From contig CM060732.1 of the NCBI GenBank assembly GCA_030704615.1, positions 28,644,001 to 28,708,000 of the forward strand: DNA of 64,000 bases, in the 5' to 3' direction. The notes under the pieces were generated by a model. That model saw only the letters and a program-made list of their open reading frames with translations, had not been told where the DNA came from and did not search any database. Below are positions 12,919 through 27,600 of this stretch, piece after piece (the first letter of the stretch is position 1; every line of letters starts with the position of its first letter). The DNA is from Takakia lepidozioides (taxonomy: Eukaryota; Plantae; Bryophyta). Both the position numbers and the translations under genes were made by a program.

Positions 12919-14558
12919 TTTTCGTCTGTTTCTCTATCTCTGTCTATGTCTACAGGCTCCTCACTTCTTCACAGCAGCACATCTATCATGTAATGCAAAT
13001 GCACACTCCCAAGCCCAGTGCAGCCAGCCTTGAAGTCATCCTCGGTCTCTCAAGACACACACCATCCTCTTCATCAGTCTCTCTTTCTTCCCTCTGTCTT
13101 CTGTTTCTCTCTCTCTCTCTCTCTCTCTGTCAATGTTCAGCCCTTCACACTACCTTTTTCCAAAGAACCCATTGCCCAAACAGCTCTCATCCCTTCTTCA
13201 GGTTTCAACCAAATACCCCAACATCCCTCTTTTCCCTTCAACTGTGAAACGCAGTTGTTCATATCCTGACACCATACTTAGATCACCTTATCCTTTCTAT
13301 GTTTTCAACAGTTCCAGCTAACCCTCATTTGATCTCTCCAGGCAAACAAGCTAGATTTACATTGGTTTCAGTGCATCACTACCCACGGCAGCATTGTGTG
13401 CAGGTTTATAACACTGAAACAAGATTCAAGAATGAAGACAACAGTGACCATTCTGATTTCAGTGACAAACAGTCTCTCTCTCTCTCTCTCTCTCTTCACT
13501 CATTTCTCTTACTGACACCACACACAGGTGCATCCATCCTTTCCATGTTCTGGTTTGAAGTCCAGGGTCTCCATTCCATTTCCAAAAACCTTTTCCTCTA
13601 TCACATGTCTCCACCTTTTCTCTTCTACCAAGATGCAGTCCTAAATCTACCAAAAGCAATTTCTAAGTTTCCTCCAAAAAAGGCCAACAGTCCACAGACT
13701 TATCTGTTTTTATCCTCTAGTGAAGCGGTGGGTCTGCCTGTCAAGGTGGCGAGGTTTACTATTTCATGAGCAGAAACCATGAGCCATGAGCCATGAGCCG
13801 CATAATTGTGCAGACTCTATTGGTTCAGTCGCGGCAAAAGGGTCAGCTTCATTCCAATGTTAAGGCATGGAAAACCGCGGAATACTCTATACAGGCCAGT
13901 ATGCGACGTCCTTTTGCCGTGGTATACTGGATTTCTCGTTGCACGGTCACTCATTTCCATGAGCGGATCTAAAAAACCACGAGCGGAGTTGTTACTGACG
14001 ACATATCTTTGCCGCATTACAGGATCCGTAACTTCCAAAAACGGCAAGGTCAAATATAAAACTATTATTTTAATACTTGTTTAATCTGCCGCATTTCCAA
14101 ATTTGGAGGAGTCCGCTCATGAAATCCGCGTGTCTTAGACTTCGGCTCACCGCTCATCTTCCAGTATTCAGCGGAAAAGTTTTGCAAGTGAACTAGGAAA
14201 TGCGGTGCCGCATTAGGGTTCGCACGTGCGAAATTTCTAGGCGGTTTGGTGTGGTTGACTGCCGCATCTACCAGTACCTACGACGTTACTTGGAAATGCG
14301 GCGCCGCATTTCCTTGCCGGGGGTCGAATGAGAAAAAGCAAAGTTTGGGAGAGCTGAAAAACAGGAACCCTCCAACACACCAAATATGCACGTGAAACAC
14401 GAGTGATTGACATAGTATTATCGACGTTCGAGCCAAAACAGGTTACTGCAAACATAAGTCGGACCTTTCTGTGGCCAGAGTTAGAGCTACTTGCAGCAGT
14501 ACAGTTCTACTATCCGAAAAGGATGGGCGTACCAATGTGTTGGGACCGCAAGCCAAGG

Positions 14559-15536
14559 TCACTGGTCCCCTGGATCCATATTCAGAAGAGTGTGCACCTC
14601 TTGGGGGCTCAACCCTGGTGCATGTATGAAGTGATGAGTTGTGGAATTACACCGGAGTCTCTTTAGGTACACGTAGTACAGATGCTTGCAAGGGCAGTAT
14701 GATCCCCCCTTGTTCGCCATGATCTGAAAGTCGGTGCAATTGCAGGTGGGTAATTCTGAAATGGCGATGGTGTACACCTCATTGCGAACAGCTGAGCCTG
14801 CAGTGGCCATCTGATACACGCCCGAAGCCTGGTGGGGCACTTCTGTCGAGCTCTGGATTGTACAGTTCATCCGAAGTGCATTCCCCATCCTCGTCTCGTT
14901 CACTTTTGAGGGAGGTCGCCGCCTCTTCGGTTTCCCCCACGGTGTGTAGGATGCTTAGAGCTGTCGGGTCCCATTGTTCTTGCTCTCACGGGGTCGGTGG
15001 TGAGGCTGTGGAAGTGGAAATGGTTGTCTGGGGACGTCAGTGCGCTGCACCATCCGAAATCCTGCGGCGGTAAGGGCGTCGGCCTCAACCTGACTCAGAT
15101 CGCAGCCTGGTTCCACCGGCCACACCGGGGGAGCCTCTGGCATTGTTTGTATGCCGTACTTGGGCTTTCCATACACGCAAGTCATAATGTCGTGCCTGCA
15201 GAACCAGAACTGGGTGGTTGTCGCCTCCGCAAACTTTGCATGGACAAATCTTCCTGTAAAAGTAGGAGCAGGGACAGCACCATCTGGATTCCTCCTTATC
15301 ATCTCTAAACAACGTTGCCGTGTATCCACTCGAATTGCGGAACACCTGCCTCGAAACGACAGCTTTGTGCGAGCAATTCTCCACTGTGACGCAGACACAG
15401 TCGTCTCCACAATGGCTTGGCCATACTGCATAACAGGGGGCGGAATCTGGGGCAAGCGAGCGGTGGGAATTTCTCGGACGGAATCCCCGCTTAAAGGCGA
15501 TGGCGATCTGGAATTTCTTGGCTTCCACTGCTGGAA
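14559..15536 (-). pseudogene. Outer element MULE transposase, C-terminal part with SWIM zinc finger
   Basis: CNCTDFQIMANKGGSYCPCKHLYYVY (CxC...CxH). Collinear with the inner transposase at 27380-28330. Confidence 0.85.
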
Positions 15537-15757
15537 GGGGGCTGCTATTTCATGAGCGGCATGAGCATGAGCGGAAAAAAAAAAAGCATGAGCAGACCAT
15601 TGTGAGTCCACGGAAATAGGGTTAGGAGGCACGGAAATAGGGTCATGTGAAGTTGGAATGTGGCACCAGTGGACTTAAAATGCAACATTTTATTGCAAAT
15701 TTTGTGGCAAGCCACGTCTATACAAGTGTGTTCTAACTGTCATAGCCGGAATGGGCA

Positions 15758-18700
15758 CTACTCTCCTACACCCTCCGAGGAACTTGCCCCACCTTCTTCC
15801 TCATCCCCCTCATCCCCCTCATCCTCCGAGCTCTGTGATGCATCAGTTCCACTATGCCTCTCAAAAATCCCGTCCTCTCCTTGGGGGACTGTCCACCTCA
15901 CCTCCTGGGAATCTTCTGCGTCTTCTCCCCCACTTTCCTCAGCAGAATCCAACACAAATCTACGAGCCCGACGGGCTCTAATAGCTGCTGCCTCCTCCCT
16001 CATCTTCATTTTCTTGAGGCTTGCCTCGTCTAAAATCTGCTGTACACGACTACGTTCGGAACACCTCCTAATGGACACCGAAGCAAGCCGGGCAGCATAA
16101 GTAGGAGGATGTACTCCCTTTCTGGACTAGGCATGAAATCCCCCTGGCAAAAAAAGGCACGTTCCTCCTGCCCATGAACTCCGGTGTAGACGTCCCTCCG
16201 GCAGTACTTGGCATCCTACAGTAAGAACAAATCCACTTGAAGAATGTCAATACCAGCACAACCAGAAAGGGTTTTCAATGAAATAAGAGAGCGGAGGGAG
16301 GTGCCTCACAAAATCTGGAGGCAACTTACAATGCCACCACTCACTCGTAAACCGGGGGCTCCTCGGCCTCGATCCCAACTTCCTCCCCCTGCTCCTTCTC
16401 GGATTTTTCCTCATCCTCCGAGGATGCCTCTTCCTCTTTCGGCAGACGTTCAGCCGCTGCAAGTTCCGAGTTGTGGAGGGCAGTATCTGGCTCGAAGGCG
16501 AACACATGCCTGTCGGACAACGTCCCTGCCCACATTGAAGCACCTGAGGACAAAGCGGGCGGTTAATAGCTTGCGGCATGCAATTGCAATGGGGCCAGGG
16601 GACAAACTGAGCACGTGAAGGCTTACCCGTGCCGCATGTGAGGTCCAGAATCCGCCCTTGGACATCCGAGCACGTCTCCATGAGGGTTTGGATGAAAGCA
16701 GGGCTTCGGGTCCGGCTGTACCGCCACGGTTTGCCTGTCTTTGTGTCCTTCGGCATACTAGAGTGGGGCACATAGTTGTAGAGGACATCGTAGGTTACAG
16801 GGTCCACAGCGGCATCAACAAGACGACCGTCGTTGCGGAATTTGAACGTAGACCCTCTCTTCACAAAGCAATATGCCTCAAACACCAATGTCTGCACATC
16901 CAACAAAGAAGGGATCAATTCCAGGGTCTACTTAACATACACCACAATATGAAGTGAATGCAATAGATTGATAACTTACACTTTGGCCCTCTGTTCGCAA
17001 CCCCTGCGTACTGATGCAGAACCATTTTCTGAGGAGGACCGGGGTGACACTTTTCGGTGTCCACCTTGCCACCGCATTCTCTGTGGTCTTCCCTCTCGTG
17101 GCAAGGACAACCACACATCCACCGTCATCCAGAAGCATCCCCGCCAGCCCAAACCCGGCTTTCCAGTAGTCCTCAGTAAACCTGTTCCAGGTGGGCACAC
17201 CATCCAGGCCCTCCAGCAGCTCCCCATCTGGAATGTCGAGGAGAATCATGTCGCAAGCTCTCTCCACCTCAACCCCCCCCCGAGTGCTCTTGCAATTCGT
17301 GCTCACAGCCGTGAAGAATTCCATCATGGCTTCAAAACCAGGGGTGTCTTTAGGCTCTGTACCGGCAGCCCTCTTCTTGGCTTTCCCCTTCTGCTCCGCC
17401 AGAGACTTGTTGTGTGCCACCTTCTTCGCCCTGGCAGCGAGAGCGTCAAGGAAGCTCTCATTGACGCATTGGATGATGGTTGGAGGTTCTAGCTTTGGCC
17501 TGTGCGTAAACGTCACCGCCGAATACCGCCGTGTAGGCTCGCCCTCAAATGCCAACTTCTTGGCAGAGCCAGTCCCACTCCGAACTGACTTGGGAACCCG
17601 GACGACCGGTGACTGGGTAGGAGCAACAGCAGTCGCAGGACCTTGAACAAAATCGGCGTCGGAGTCACTCTCTTGGGTCCCCTCCTGCGCCTCCTCCGAT
17701 GCCCCGATGGTTTTCTTCTTTTTGGGTGTTACTGCAGTCACCTGTTTCCTTGTCCTTTTCCTTTGACCTTTACTCTTCTCATGCAATTTCTCCTGAATTC
17801 CTGCCTGAGCAAGCTCTGCCGCTTTCCTGGAGTTCGCAAGCGCTTTTGCCTCTTTTGCACCCAACGGAGGCAGCGGAGCCCGGTTTCGTCGGAATTCAGC
17901 ATCCAGCTTCAATTGAAACTCGGATGGGTCGAGCGAGCCGGGCGGAAGGTCCACATACCAAGGGCAATCACGCAAATGTTCCAGATGCCACTCCTTCACA
18001 ATATCGTCAGTGTACATGGAGTCAGCCCCAGGGTTCCTCCATGCCAGGAAGAATGGTGGCTCGAAAGACAGATGACCTTTCTCCAAAAGCGAGAACTTAC
18101 AGTACCTGCATTCATGAAAAACCCAATGAGGTCCGAAAATGGCTAAGAACGGCAATAGGGCCTACAACTGGAATATGGCGCCGAATTTCCACTTCAGGGC
18201 CACCCAGTGGGACTTAGCCCGAAAATGGCTAAGTCCCGGCAATAGGCCTGGAACTGGAAAACGGCGCCGAATTTCCACTTCCGGGCCAGCCACCCTAGGG
18301 GCTAAGTCCCTGGACGGCAATAGGGCCTAGAACTGGAAACGGCGCCGAATTTCCAGTTCCGGGCCAGCCACCCTAGGGACTTAGCCGAAAATGGCTAAGT
18401 CCCTGGACGGCAATAGGCCTGGAACTGGAAGGCGCCGAATTTCCACTTCAGGGCCAGCCAGTCTAGGGACTTAGCCCGAAAATGGCTAAGTCCCTGGACG
18501 GCAATAGGCCTAGAACTGGAAACGGCGCCGAATTTCCAGTTCCGGGCCAGCCACCCTAGGGACTTATGGCTAACGGAACCTGGGGACTTGGCTAATAGGG
18601 CCTAGAACTGGAACGGCGCCGAATTTCCAGTTCCGGGCCAGCCACCCTAGGGAAAGTCCCTGACGGCAATAGGGCCTTATGGCGCCGAATTTCCACTTCA

Positions 18701-21480
18701 GGGCCAGCCAGTCTAGGGACTTAGCCGAAAATGGCTAAGTCCCTGTAGGGCCTAGAACTGGAAACGGCGCCGAATTTCCAGTTCCGGGCCTAGGGACTTA
18801 GCCGAAAATGGCTAAGTCCCTGAACGGCAATAGGGCCTGGAACTGGAAAATGGCGCCGAATTTCCAGTTCCGGGCCAGCCAGTCTAGGGACTTTGCCATT
18901 TTCGGAGCCCTGACTGGAAATTCGGCGCCATTTTCCCTAACACCACTTAGGCCTCTAACATCCTGAAATGCCAGGACTTGAAAGAAAGGCAGCGCGTATG
19001 TACCTGTACAGAAGGCGCATTGCTGCTTTGTCCGCGTTCGGCTGGTCGGTGAACTCGTGGCTCCGGCGAGCATCTGCTATCTCCCGAAAGAATAGGTTGG
19101 TTTTGTAGAGCAGAAAGTACCTCGTCACATAGTCACGTAGGCTCTCTGCTGCAGGAGATATCTCCATCTTGAACTGATGTGCTTGTGTGTCCAGCTGCTC
19201 TTGCGCATTCGTCGTCACCTGTGGAGATTGTCCATCAGATCGCTTTCCTCAAAATACAATGAATCCCCCCCTACTAGAGTACAAGCCCCAAACGAAGCGT
19301 GGGGAAGTACCTGAAACCACCATGTCATGCGGTTCATCCACATGTCGAATGTGGGGTCAGAGAGTTTGTCCGGTTTGGGGAAGCTCCACATGTCCCTGTA
19401 CTTTGGGAACCATTCCAGATTTGGAGCCACCGGGTCTGTCCAACCACCCAGCATATTCGTAAGCGCCAAACACCACAAAAAGGAGTTGTTGCCACCACAA
19501 TTTGGTTAAGAATGTATCACCTTTTCTGTTGCATCCACACAGGATGTGGCTAGACGATGGAGCTTCTCCAATGTCATCGTGGGCTTCAGAGCGCGAGAGT
19601 AGTGCTTTCCCACCTCCACCAGAAAGTCGGCACCAAGGGCGGGATCAGCTATGGCCACGTACTTTACCATCCGCGACTTGTACTTTATGCGGGCCCTCAC
19701 CTCCGCAGCTTTGACATACGATTCGAGTTCCGGGAGGGTTGGATTCTTCTCCTCTGACTCCATGTAGAACCTCCGCGCATGTGCCAAATCCTGCTGTATT
19801 TTCGTCTGTCGAAAAGCGCACATAAGATTAGAGATCCTGCTCAACACAATTTCTTCTATTGGGGGAGGAGAGACAATTAGCTCAACAAAACTGCAGGAGC
19901 TTTACCCGAAATATGTAGTCCACCATGGCGTCGACGCTCAGCCTATACCAGGTTCTGTCTGCCTTTGCCTCCGACTTGCGCAGGAGGTCGGCACTGAGGG
20001 AATTGGCAAACTCTTGCACCCCCTGCTCCCGACATCCTTCACTCGGAAGAGCATATGGGACAAGTTGGTGGCAATGAAGGCATTCTCAGTCACCCTGCAG
20101 TGCCACATTTCCATCAAACAATACTGAAATGGGAATTTTCATCATATATGAGGATTCGCAATGAAATGACTTCCAAATTCAAAGTCCAAAAGCGAGAGGG
20201 GTTGTAGCTTACGAGTTGATGTCGGCCATTGCAGCTTTGAGAAGACTGCGATCTTTGGGCCCCGCAACCTTCAGCACAACACAATCGACGGCGAAATGCC
20301 AATCGAGATCGTTGGGGTGGGCTTGGGCAATGTGCTCCATCCATGCCAGGAGGCGATGATTGCCGTCCCACACGTAGAACATCTTACCGGACATGTGCTG
20401 GAAAAGAGGATCACTAGCAATCGATCTCTCGAACTCCTCATTTCGCGTTTGCCAATGGGGACCCCATTTGTCCACCTCATCGGAAGTGTGGGCACGGGAA
20501 GCTCCGTGGTCGTTCTCAATGGAAACGTAAAAGGCGGCAGACCCCATTCGATATCCATCCCGGAAAGAGAATTTCAGCTTGTCGATATCGCCTGGGAGGG
20601 CAGGTCTCACCACCTGCAATGACACCAAGCGGCAAGGGGAATTCGAAGCTTGGCCGGGTACACCATGCCCCCCAGCACCCTGCCAATGTTGCTGTGGGTT
20701 GCCTCCAACATCTTGGCAGCGGCCAACTTCATATCCGCCTCAGACATGACGTCTGCTGCAGAGGGGTTTTCCGGCAGCCCACCAGACCGCCAAATCCAGC
20801 CTGTATGCTCCGGGTTTGGGGCCTGGGGATGTCCGGGAGAATGTCATCCTGGTCAGAAACATCCATGTCGTCCTCCTCAACAGGGTCAGCCACCTGCGAA
20901 ACCACCTCCAGCACTCTCGTCGTCTCTACTGCTCTCCCTGGCTTCACCTCGAACTTGCACAATCGGTGCTCTTTCAGGTGTTCTTTCCTCTCCTCCACTC
21001 TCCACCGTATGGGTAATTGCGGGGGCTGCACTTGCCCGCGATGGTCTAACCCGGTGTGCTACTGCCTCTCTGTGGTGTCTTGTAGGGATCCACCGTCTCT
21101 GTGTGTCCCTCGCTTACATTGGCATCTGTCATTTGGGCACCCCTGGCCTCTTCAGCTGCCTTTTGTCTTTCCTCCTTGCTAGCATTCTGTCTCGTCTGTT
21201 CTTTTGCCCTCTCTTTTGCCCTCTCACGGGCTTTCTGTTTCTTACTAGGGCTAGCAACAGGGGAGCCCTCCAGGACGACCACCTTTGATTGAGGCGAACT
21301 GACACCCTCGCGCGCACTGCTCACTCCCCCCTCCGCAGCCCGTGACTGCTCTCTCGCCGGGGATTGCATGTGCTTAGCTTTCTTCTTTTTCTTTGCGTGG
21401 GCGGGCCCTACTGCATGTGCATGAACAACCTCCATTGCCGGATCTGCTGTCCTCATGTCCTCACGCCCTTCACCTGCCAT
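15758..21480 (-). CDS. Multi-exon ParB/Srx-like plus beta-class DNA amino-methyltransferase-like fusion protein, copy 1 (start uncertain, some frameshifts)
   Basis: ParB-like exon 20209-20628 (VVRPALPGDIDKLKFSF...FYVWDGNHRLLAW). MTase-like motifs DMILLDIPDG (~17222-17252), LLDDGGCVVV, RSPAFIQTLMETCSDVQGRILDLTCGTG (~16626-16710) and ASMWAGTLSDRHVFAFE. GT-AG introns shared with copies 2 and 3. Confidence 0.8.
18160..18935. repeat. Intronic tandem array of CGGCGCCGAATTTCC partial palindromes plus GGGACTTAGCC-GAAAAT-GGCTAAGTCCC hairpins
   Basis: About 9-10 units of ~80-90 bp between the coding exons 16932-18155 and 18955-19218. Confidence 0.9.
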
Positions 21481-22394
21481 GCCGCCTGCACCAACCTCCC
21501 CAATGCCTACTCTATCGTAATCTCGTTGCAAGTCCTCCCGTCCACCAACAAAAGATTTAAGTTTGCCCTCTCGCCCCAAGTTTGGGCGATTCAAACATGC
21601 GATGAGTTGGAGCTGTCGATGATACCACCAGCGTGCCGGGCTCGTCGTCACTCTGTGATTGACAAAAATCGTGAACACCAACAGTGGTGCAAAAAGCAGC
21701 AGCGCAACCACCATAGCAGCAATCATGTAGCAAAAATGAAAACATAACAAAGTTTAGGAAGTATGGAGAGCCATGCAACAACAATGAAAACAAATGCAAC
21801 CATTGCCTAAGAATGATGCACAAGCAGCCTTCTCCAGAGCTGCCGGATTTGCACACGCATTGCAAACAATCTAAGGTTCAGTCAACTATCTAAAGTTCAC
21901 TCATAAAGCAAAGCCAGGATGAAGATGCAGAAACAAAGCGAGGTAACGAAGCGAAAGCAAAAAAGAAATCGAACAAACCGAAAGCAGAAGTGGCTTGCCT
22001 GAGAGTACTCGCTTCAGTTGGCGCAGGTGAGCAAGACACTGGAATCTCCTGCTGGAGCTTCAGTTTGGCCATGCGAGATTGGCCGTCGTCCGTAGTACAG
22101 AGCTTTCAACTTCCGCCGCGGTCTGGATCTGAGGTCTCTCTCAGGAGAGCCACGCCCTTCAGGCGGCATAAGTCCCAGCCAAAAAGATCTCCTTTTTTGG
22201 GGTACATGCCTGGAATACCATGTTAAGCCAAGTATAGCATGAGATTTAGGGTACGTGTCCAGGAAGCCATGCGTCGCCAGCCCGAATAATAACCGACGGC
22301 CGTCGACATTTATTGCCCAACTGCGCAATTAAATGTCGGATGAAGCCCTCCATGTCGGAAGAAAGACGAAAACAGTCCCGGAATTTCCCTCACG

Positions 22395-24480
22395 CAGGTA
22401 ATTCGGAAGCGCGCGGATGGAAATCCGGCGCCGAATTTCCATCCGCGCAGGTAGGGCGGTAAATTTCCTTCAAGCAGGTAATTCGGATGCGCGCGGATGG
22501 AAATCCGGCGCCGAATTTCCATCCGCGCAAATTTCCGGTAATTCGCGGATGGAAATCCGCGAATTTCATCCGCCGGTTTTCCAGGGTTTGGAAATCCGGC
22601 GCCGAATTTCCATCCGCGCCGGGGCAGATGTAAGGGCCGAAAGGTGGACGCGAATGGAACGGAAGGCGGGAATTTGAAAAGGAGGCGCGAAGGCGGCGCC
22701 GGACGGGAGGATCGGCGGGGGAAGAATATTTCCGGAAGGGCGCGGCCGGGAATCTCCGAATGCCGGACGCCGGGCTATTTCCTCCGGGGCCGCGGGATGG
22801 CCGCGCCAGGAAATCCGGAAATGGATGGGCGCCGCCTCCGCCCAATAAGCGATTATTGAAAAAAAGCGTGGGATTAAATTTTCCCAAATAGGAATGAAAA
22901 TTCCCCGCGAATATTAAGATGAGCGCCTTTCCATCGCAAAGGCGGGGGCCGCCCTTGCGGTTGGGCGCGCTTCGTTGCCGAATTGCAGCGCGGTTCCGTT
23001 TCTTCGCAATAATTGCATCGGATTATGGAAATCCGGCGCCGAATTTCCATCCGCGCGGAATGCAGGTAATTGGAATCCGGCGCCGAATTTCCATCGCCGG
23101 TAAATTTCCTTTAATTCGGCGCGGATGGAAATCCGGCGCCGAATTTCCATCCGCGCAGGGCGGTGCGCCAAATTTCCTTCAAGCAGGGAATGGAATTAGG
23201 TAATTCGGCGCCGAATTCGCAGGTAATTCGAATCCGGCCGAATTTCCATCCAGCAGGTAAGTCGGATCATATGGATATTCGGCGCCGAATTTCCATCCTG
23301 CAGCGAGCGGCTTTCCATTTCGGAATATGGATTCGGCGCCGAATTTCGGCCATTTATTCTGTTAAATAATTCCCATATAAGAATTACCTTCGTGCAGGTA
23401 ATTCCATCAGGATGCAGGTAATTCCAGATGGGAATTACCTTTGTGCAGGTAATTCTAAACGAGGAATAAACATCGATTGGAATTACCTGCAGGAAGGTAA
23501 TTGTCATCTGGAAATTACCTGCACAAAGGTAATTCTTTATGCGAATTACCTGCACGAAGGTAATTCATTACCTGCACATTCTCGCTCAGAAATAAATGGC
23601 GAGTGGAAATCCGGCGCCGAATATCCATACGCACCGATCCGACTTACCTGCTGGATGGAAATTCGGCGCCGAATTTCCATTCATCCACGATTCGAATTAT
23701 CTGCAGGATGGAAATTCGGCGCCGAATATCCATATGGCACCGATCCGACTTACCTGCTGGATGGAAATTCGGCGCGAATCTCCATCCATCCGAGATTCCA
23801 CTTACCTGCTGGATGGAAATTCGGCGCCGAATCTCCATCCGGGGGATGGTCTCTGTCGGAGAGGTGCCGCCTCTCCGCCGCTCTGTTGGATATTCGGTGC
23901 CGAATTTCCGTCCCGGGGTTGAAATATGACGGCCAGGTCCGACCTCTCCCCCCTCCCCGACTGCATTGGAACGGCCCCGAATTGAAATCGGCGCCGTTTT
24001 CTCATCTGTGGAGGTTTTTATGTCGGCCAGTTTTCGCTCTGACCCCCGACAACACTTCCTTTGGGGGGGCCCGGATGGAAATTCGGCGCCGAATGGCCGT
24101 CCAGGGGATGTCTCTGTCGCAACACTGGCCGGCCTCTGTGCCCCAGGCGACTTCATCCGGGCGTCCCCTGTTCGATATTCGTTGCCGAATTTCCGTCGGG
24201 GGTTGAATGTGACAGCCAACTGCATGCCACTCCCCCCTCCCCGACTGCATCCGAATCGCCCCGGATGGAAATTCGGCGCCGTTTTTCCATCTGGGGATTG
24301 TTTATGCCGTCCAGTTTTCGGCCTGACCCCCCGACACGACTCCCTTTGGGGGGGACCGGATGGAAATTCGGCGCCGAATCTCCATCCAGAAGATGTTCTC
24401 TGTCGCACACACTCCGGCCTCTGCGCCCGAGGCGACTTCATCCGGGCTTCCTCTGTTGGATGTTGGGTGCCGAATTTCCA
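22395..24480. repeat. Inner element central palindrome array (GGAAAT[T/C]CGGCGCCGAATTTCC)
   Basis: Many copies; perfect 26-bp palindrome at 23655-23680. Units start at 23605, 23657, 23710, 23763 and 23815. A sub-array of GGTAATT/AATTACC lies at 23380-23575. Confidence 0.95.
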
Positions 24481-24659
24481 TTCGGGGGTATTAAGTGACG
24501 GCACGGTGCCGGCTTATCCCTTCAGCCGTCATCATCCGGACGGCCCCCCACTTTCTGACTGCATACCGTTGGCAGTTATTGCGCAAAGACGAGGGGCTCA
24601 TCCGGAGACAAGGTTCATTAACACTCTGACTGTGGATTTGAGAAGTTGGCTCCCTGGAT

Positions 24660-27600
24660 TTGGATCAGGCTTCGTCGCTCGGACAAATCGGCATCGCATT
24701 CATTCCATCGCTGTGCACCCCCTCTACCAGGGAGCTTCCCGCACGCCATCCTGGCAGTCTTGTGTGCACATCTCCCATGGCGGAAAACCCGAGCGCTACA
24801 GTGTATGCCCTCCTCACGAGCATAGAGCTTCATTCCGTGCAGAGGGGACACTGCCGGGTGATGGAGAAAATCTGTGCGTTCGATACCCACCTGAAACCTG
24901 GGGTCGGTTTTTTGGAGGAGGAAAAAGGAAGGACTCAAACGGCTTGTTGTCGAGAGTATTGTTGTGCTCCACGATGATTTCGGGCGATGGCGGGAATGGC
25001 GAGTTCACCATCGGACAGCGTCATATACAGGGCTGTTGGGGACTTCATTTGCCGCCAAATGCACCGTCTATCCTGTGCGCCTTCCACGAAACAATCGCGA
25101 ATCAAAGAGTGGGTACCTCAAAGAGAGAAGTCGCAACGAAGTAGTAAATCAGAGCCGAACCCATCATGAAGACGACCGAGAACCGGGTTGTTCACAACCT
25201 GTCCGACTCAGACGAGGTCATGGAAGTTCGAGGTCGTCCTGGAGATCAGCAAGTCCTCAATGGACGTCAGTGGAGGAGGGAGTCATATTCCCAGCACGAG
25301 CACCGCAGTTCGATCTATTCTAGAAATTCTGCGAGGGCTTCACCGGAGGGACACCGGTCGGAGCTGGCCGGGCTGGACTACAGCAAGTTCGCAATTTAAA
25401 TCGGTTACATGCCTTCCGCCGACGTCGACGGTAATGTCTTCTTGAGTTCCCTCTCGGGCGGACTACTCGAGGGCGTCCGGAATGTGACAGATATGGATAG
25501 AAAACATGACGGTCATCCTTGGTGCGTTACCAAAACCACCAGCATGAAGATGCTTGATGGTGTGCGGGTGCGCTACGTTGTTTGTGCGGGCGCGTTGCGG
25601 TTGTTTCTCCCCAACTTGCTTCCACTTTAAATCCAGAGGTCACAGGAACGAGACCGATTGGACAGGGCACAGCTCACAACCATTTCGAGCTCAGGAGAAG
25701 GTTCCGAACTCCACATTTAAGTGTGCGCATTGCAAAGAACACCACACTGCATGTCTGTTTGTAATGCCAAGCAGTTCTATGTGTTGCACCGTTTCCCTGA
25801 CCTCACCCGAGCTTGCATAACGTTGGTTCCCATTGTCACAAATTGGCGAGGGGGGAACTCGCGGGAGGCTGCCCACGAAGCAGAGCAGCTCGTTCAGGAG
25901 GAGGTTAAGTTGAGACCGGGTGCCAAACCCAAAAGATACAGCTCCAAGCCGCCCATAAGATGGCATTGGCCAGAATTATGTCGGAAGACGGCTCGGATAG
26001 AGTTCCTCTCGACGAAGAAGGAAATGGAGGCATTGCTCGAGTCGGTGTCCCACGTATGTTCACCGAATGTCCGAAACCACATTGTCTCTTGCAAACAGAA
26101 ATTGGGCGTGGCTCGGATATGCACTCCATTCTGGAGGTGAAGCGACGATGTGGATATGACTACATTCATGGAAGTAGGTTTCAGGACAAGGGACTGAGGC
26201 AGATCGTTGTTTCGTATTCAAAATGTCCACGTGTGGACCTGGCAGTGGCGTCGAACTGGTCGACAGGATGACGAGTGGGAACTTGAAACAGTTGGGTCAT
26301 GTTCGACCATATCAAGCGAATTACAAATCACCAGTGGGTGACAATGGGTGCACATGTCTACGACACCCACTGCAGGATGCTAATGACAATTGCTATTTGT
26401 GAGATGAAAGGAGAGGACACACAATCGGAGATGCTTCTTTGGCAGGGAATAAACGAACAGATGGCCAAGGCGGGATTGCCCCCTCCCAATTTCCGTGGTT
26501 TCATGGCGGACAACGCACAAGCAAATTGGGCTGCCATCCGAAGGGTGTACGGGCAAGACCCCAATGTTCCCATGGAAGGCAAGGAGAGATCTTGTGGGTT
26601 CCACTTCTGCAGAGCCTTTCGCAGTACACAACCAGGCTCGTGGCGCCAGATTTCAGAGAGGAGCACCGTTCCATGTGCCTTGCGTGGAAGCGCGCTCCCA
26701 CCTTGGATGATGCAGAGACACAGTTTGCATGCATACGGGCTTGGTGGACATCGTCAGGGGTGCTGTAAGGAATCAGACGAAGGAGCAATGGTCAGTTGGC
26801 TAGCAGGTGGCATTATCGTTTCCTCCAGTTCGGCGACTATATGCGGGAGGTGAGTTGCACGAATTCCTGTCCCGTTGGATATTATTCTGGCCATATTTGT
26901 AACTTGCTTGTAACCTCAACATGTGCTTGTGCAGGAAATGTGTCTCGACTCCGACACCGACATGCCCACGACAACATGGCCGAATCAGTGGCACTCTTCC
27001 TGGCGTGAGTCCTCTGCGGCGCATCTGGTGGACATCCTCACTGCCACAACGGAGGACATTGTGAGGTCAATTATGCAGCAATGCAGGTACAACGAGTTCT
27101 TGAAAGGGAAACAGTGGGGCTTGGGGCCGGACAGGCAGGAAATGCTGATGCGGACTGCCTCCAGATCGAAGAATCCTCGGAAGTGGGCGGCGGCCTTGCG
27201 AGAGGGCCTTCGGGACACGCCATTGCTGCGAAGAGGCCAACATTTGGAAGGAGATGTTCATACCCGTCCAGTGAGACGAAGACTTGACGAGGCACCTGGC
27301 GGAGAAGAGGATTCATGGCGAGCTGACAAGAATATTCGCACGCTCCCTCGTGGTCCGGTGATGTTGTCCGAGGAGGTCTCGTCGAGCACCGGAAGTCCTG
27401 CACGTTCAAGATCGCCATCTCCTTTGAGCACAGGGCGCGTGCCCCGGCAACATAACGAGCCATCTGTAGTAAAGCAATACAACATTCCCATTGTGGAGAC
27501 AAGAGTGTCGGAGTCACAGTGGAGAATTGCGAGGACATTGCCGGCATTTCGAGGGAAGTGTTGCGCCATCCGGGTGGATACGAGAGCACGCTGTGGTGAG

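Noticed and set aside
22310-24504. Many overlapping ORFs (MEIRRRISI, WKFGAEF, GNSAPNF) on both strands; likewise at 30800-32800 and 38200-39400
   Set aside because: These are translations of stop-poor palindromic repeats, not proteins.
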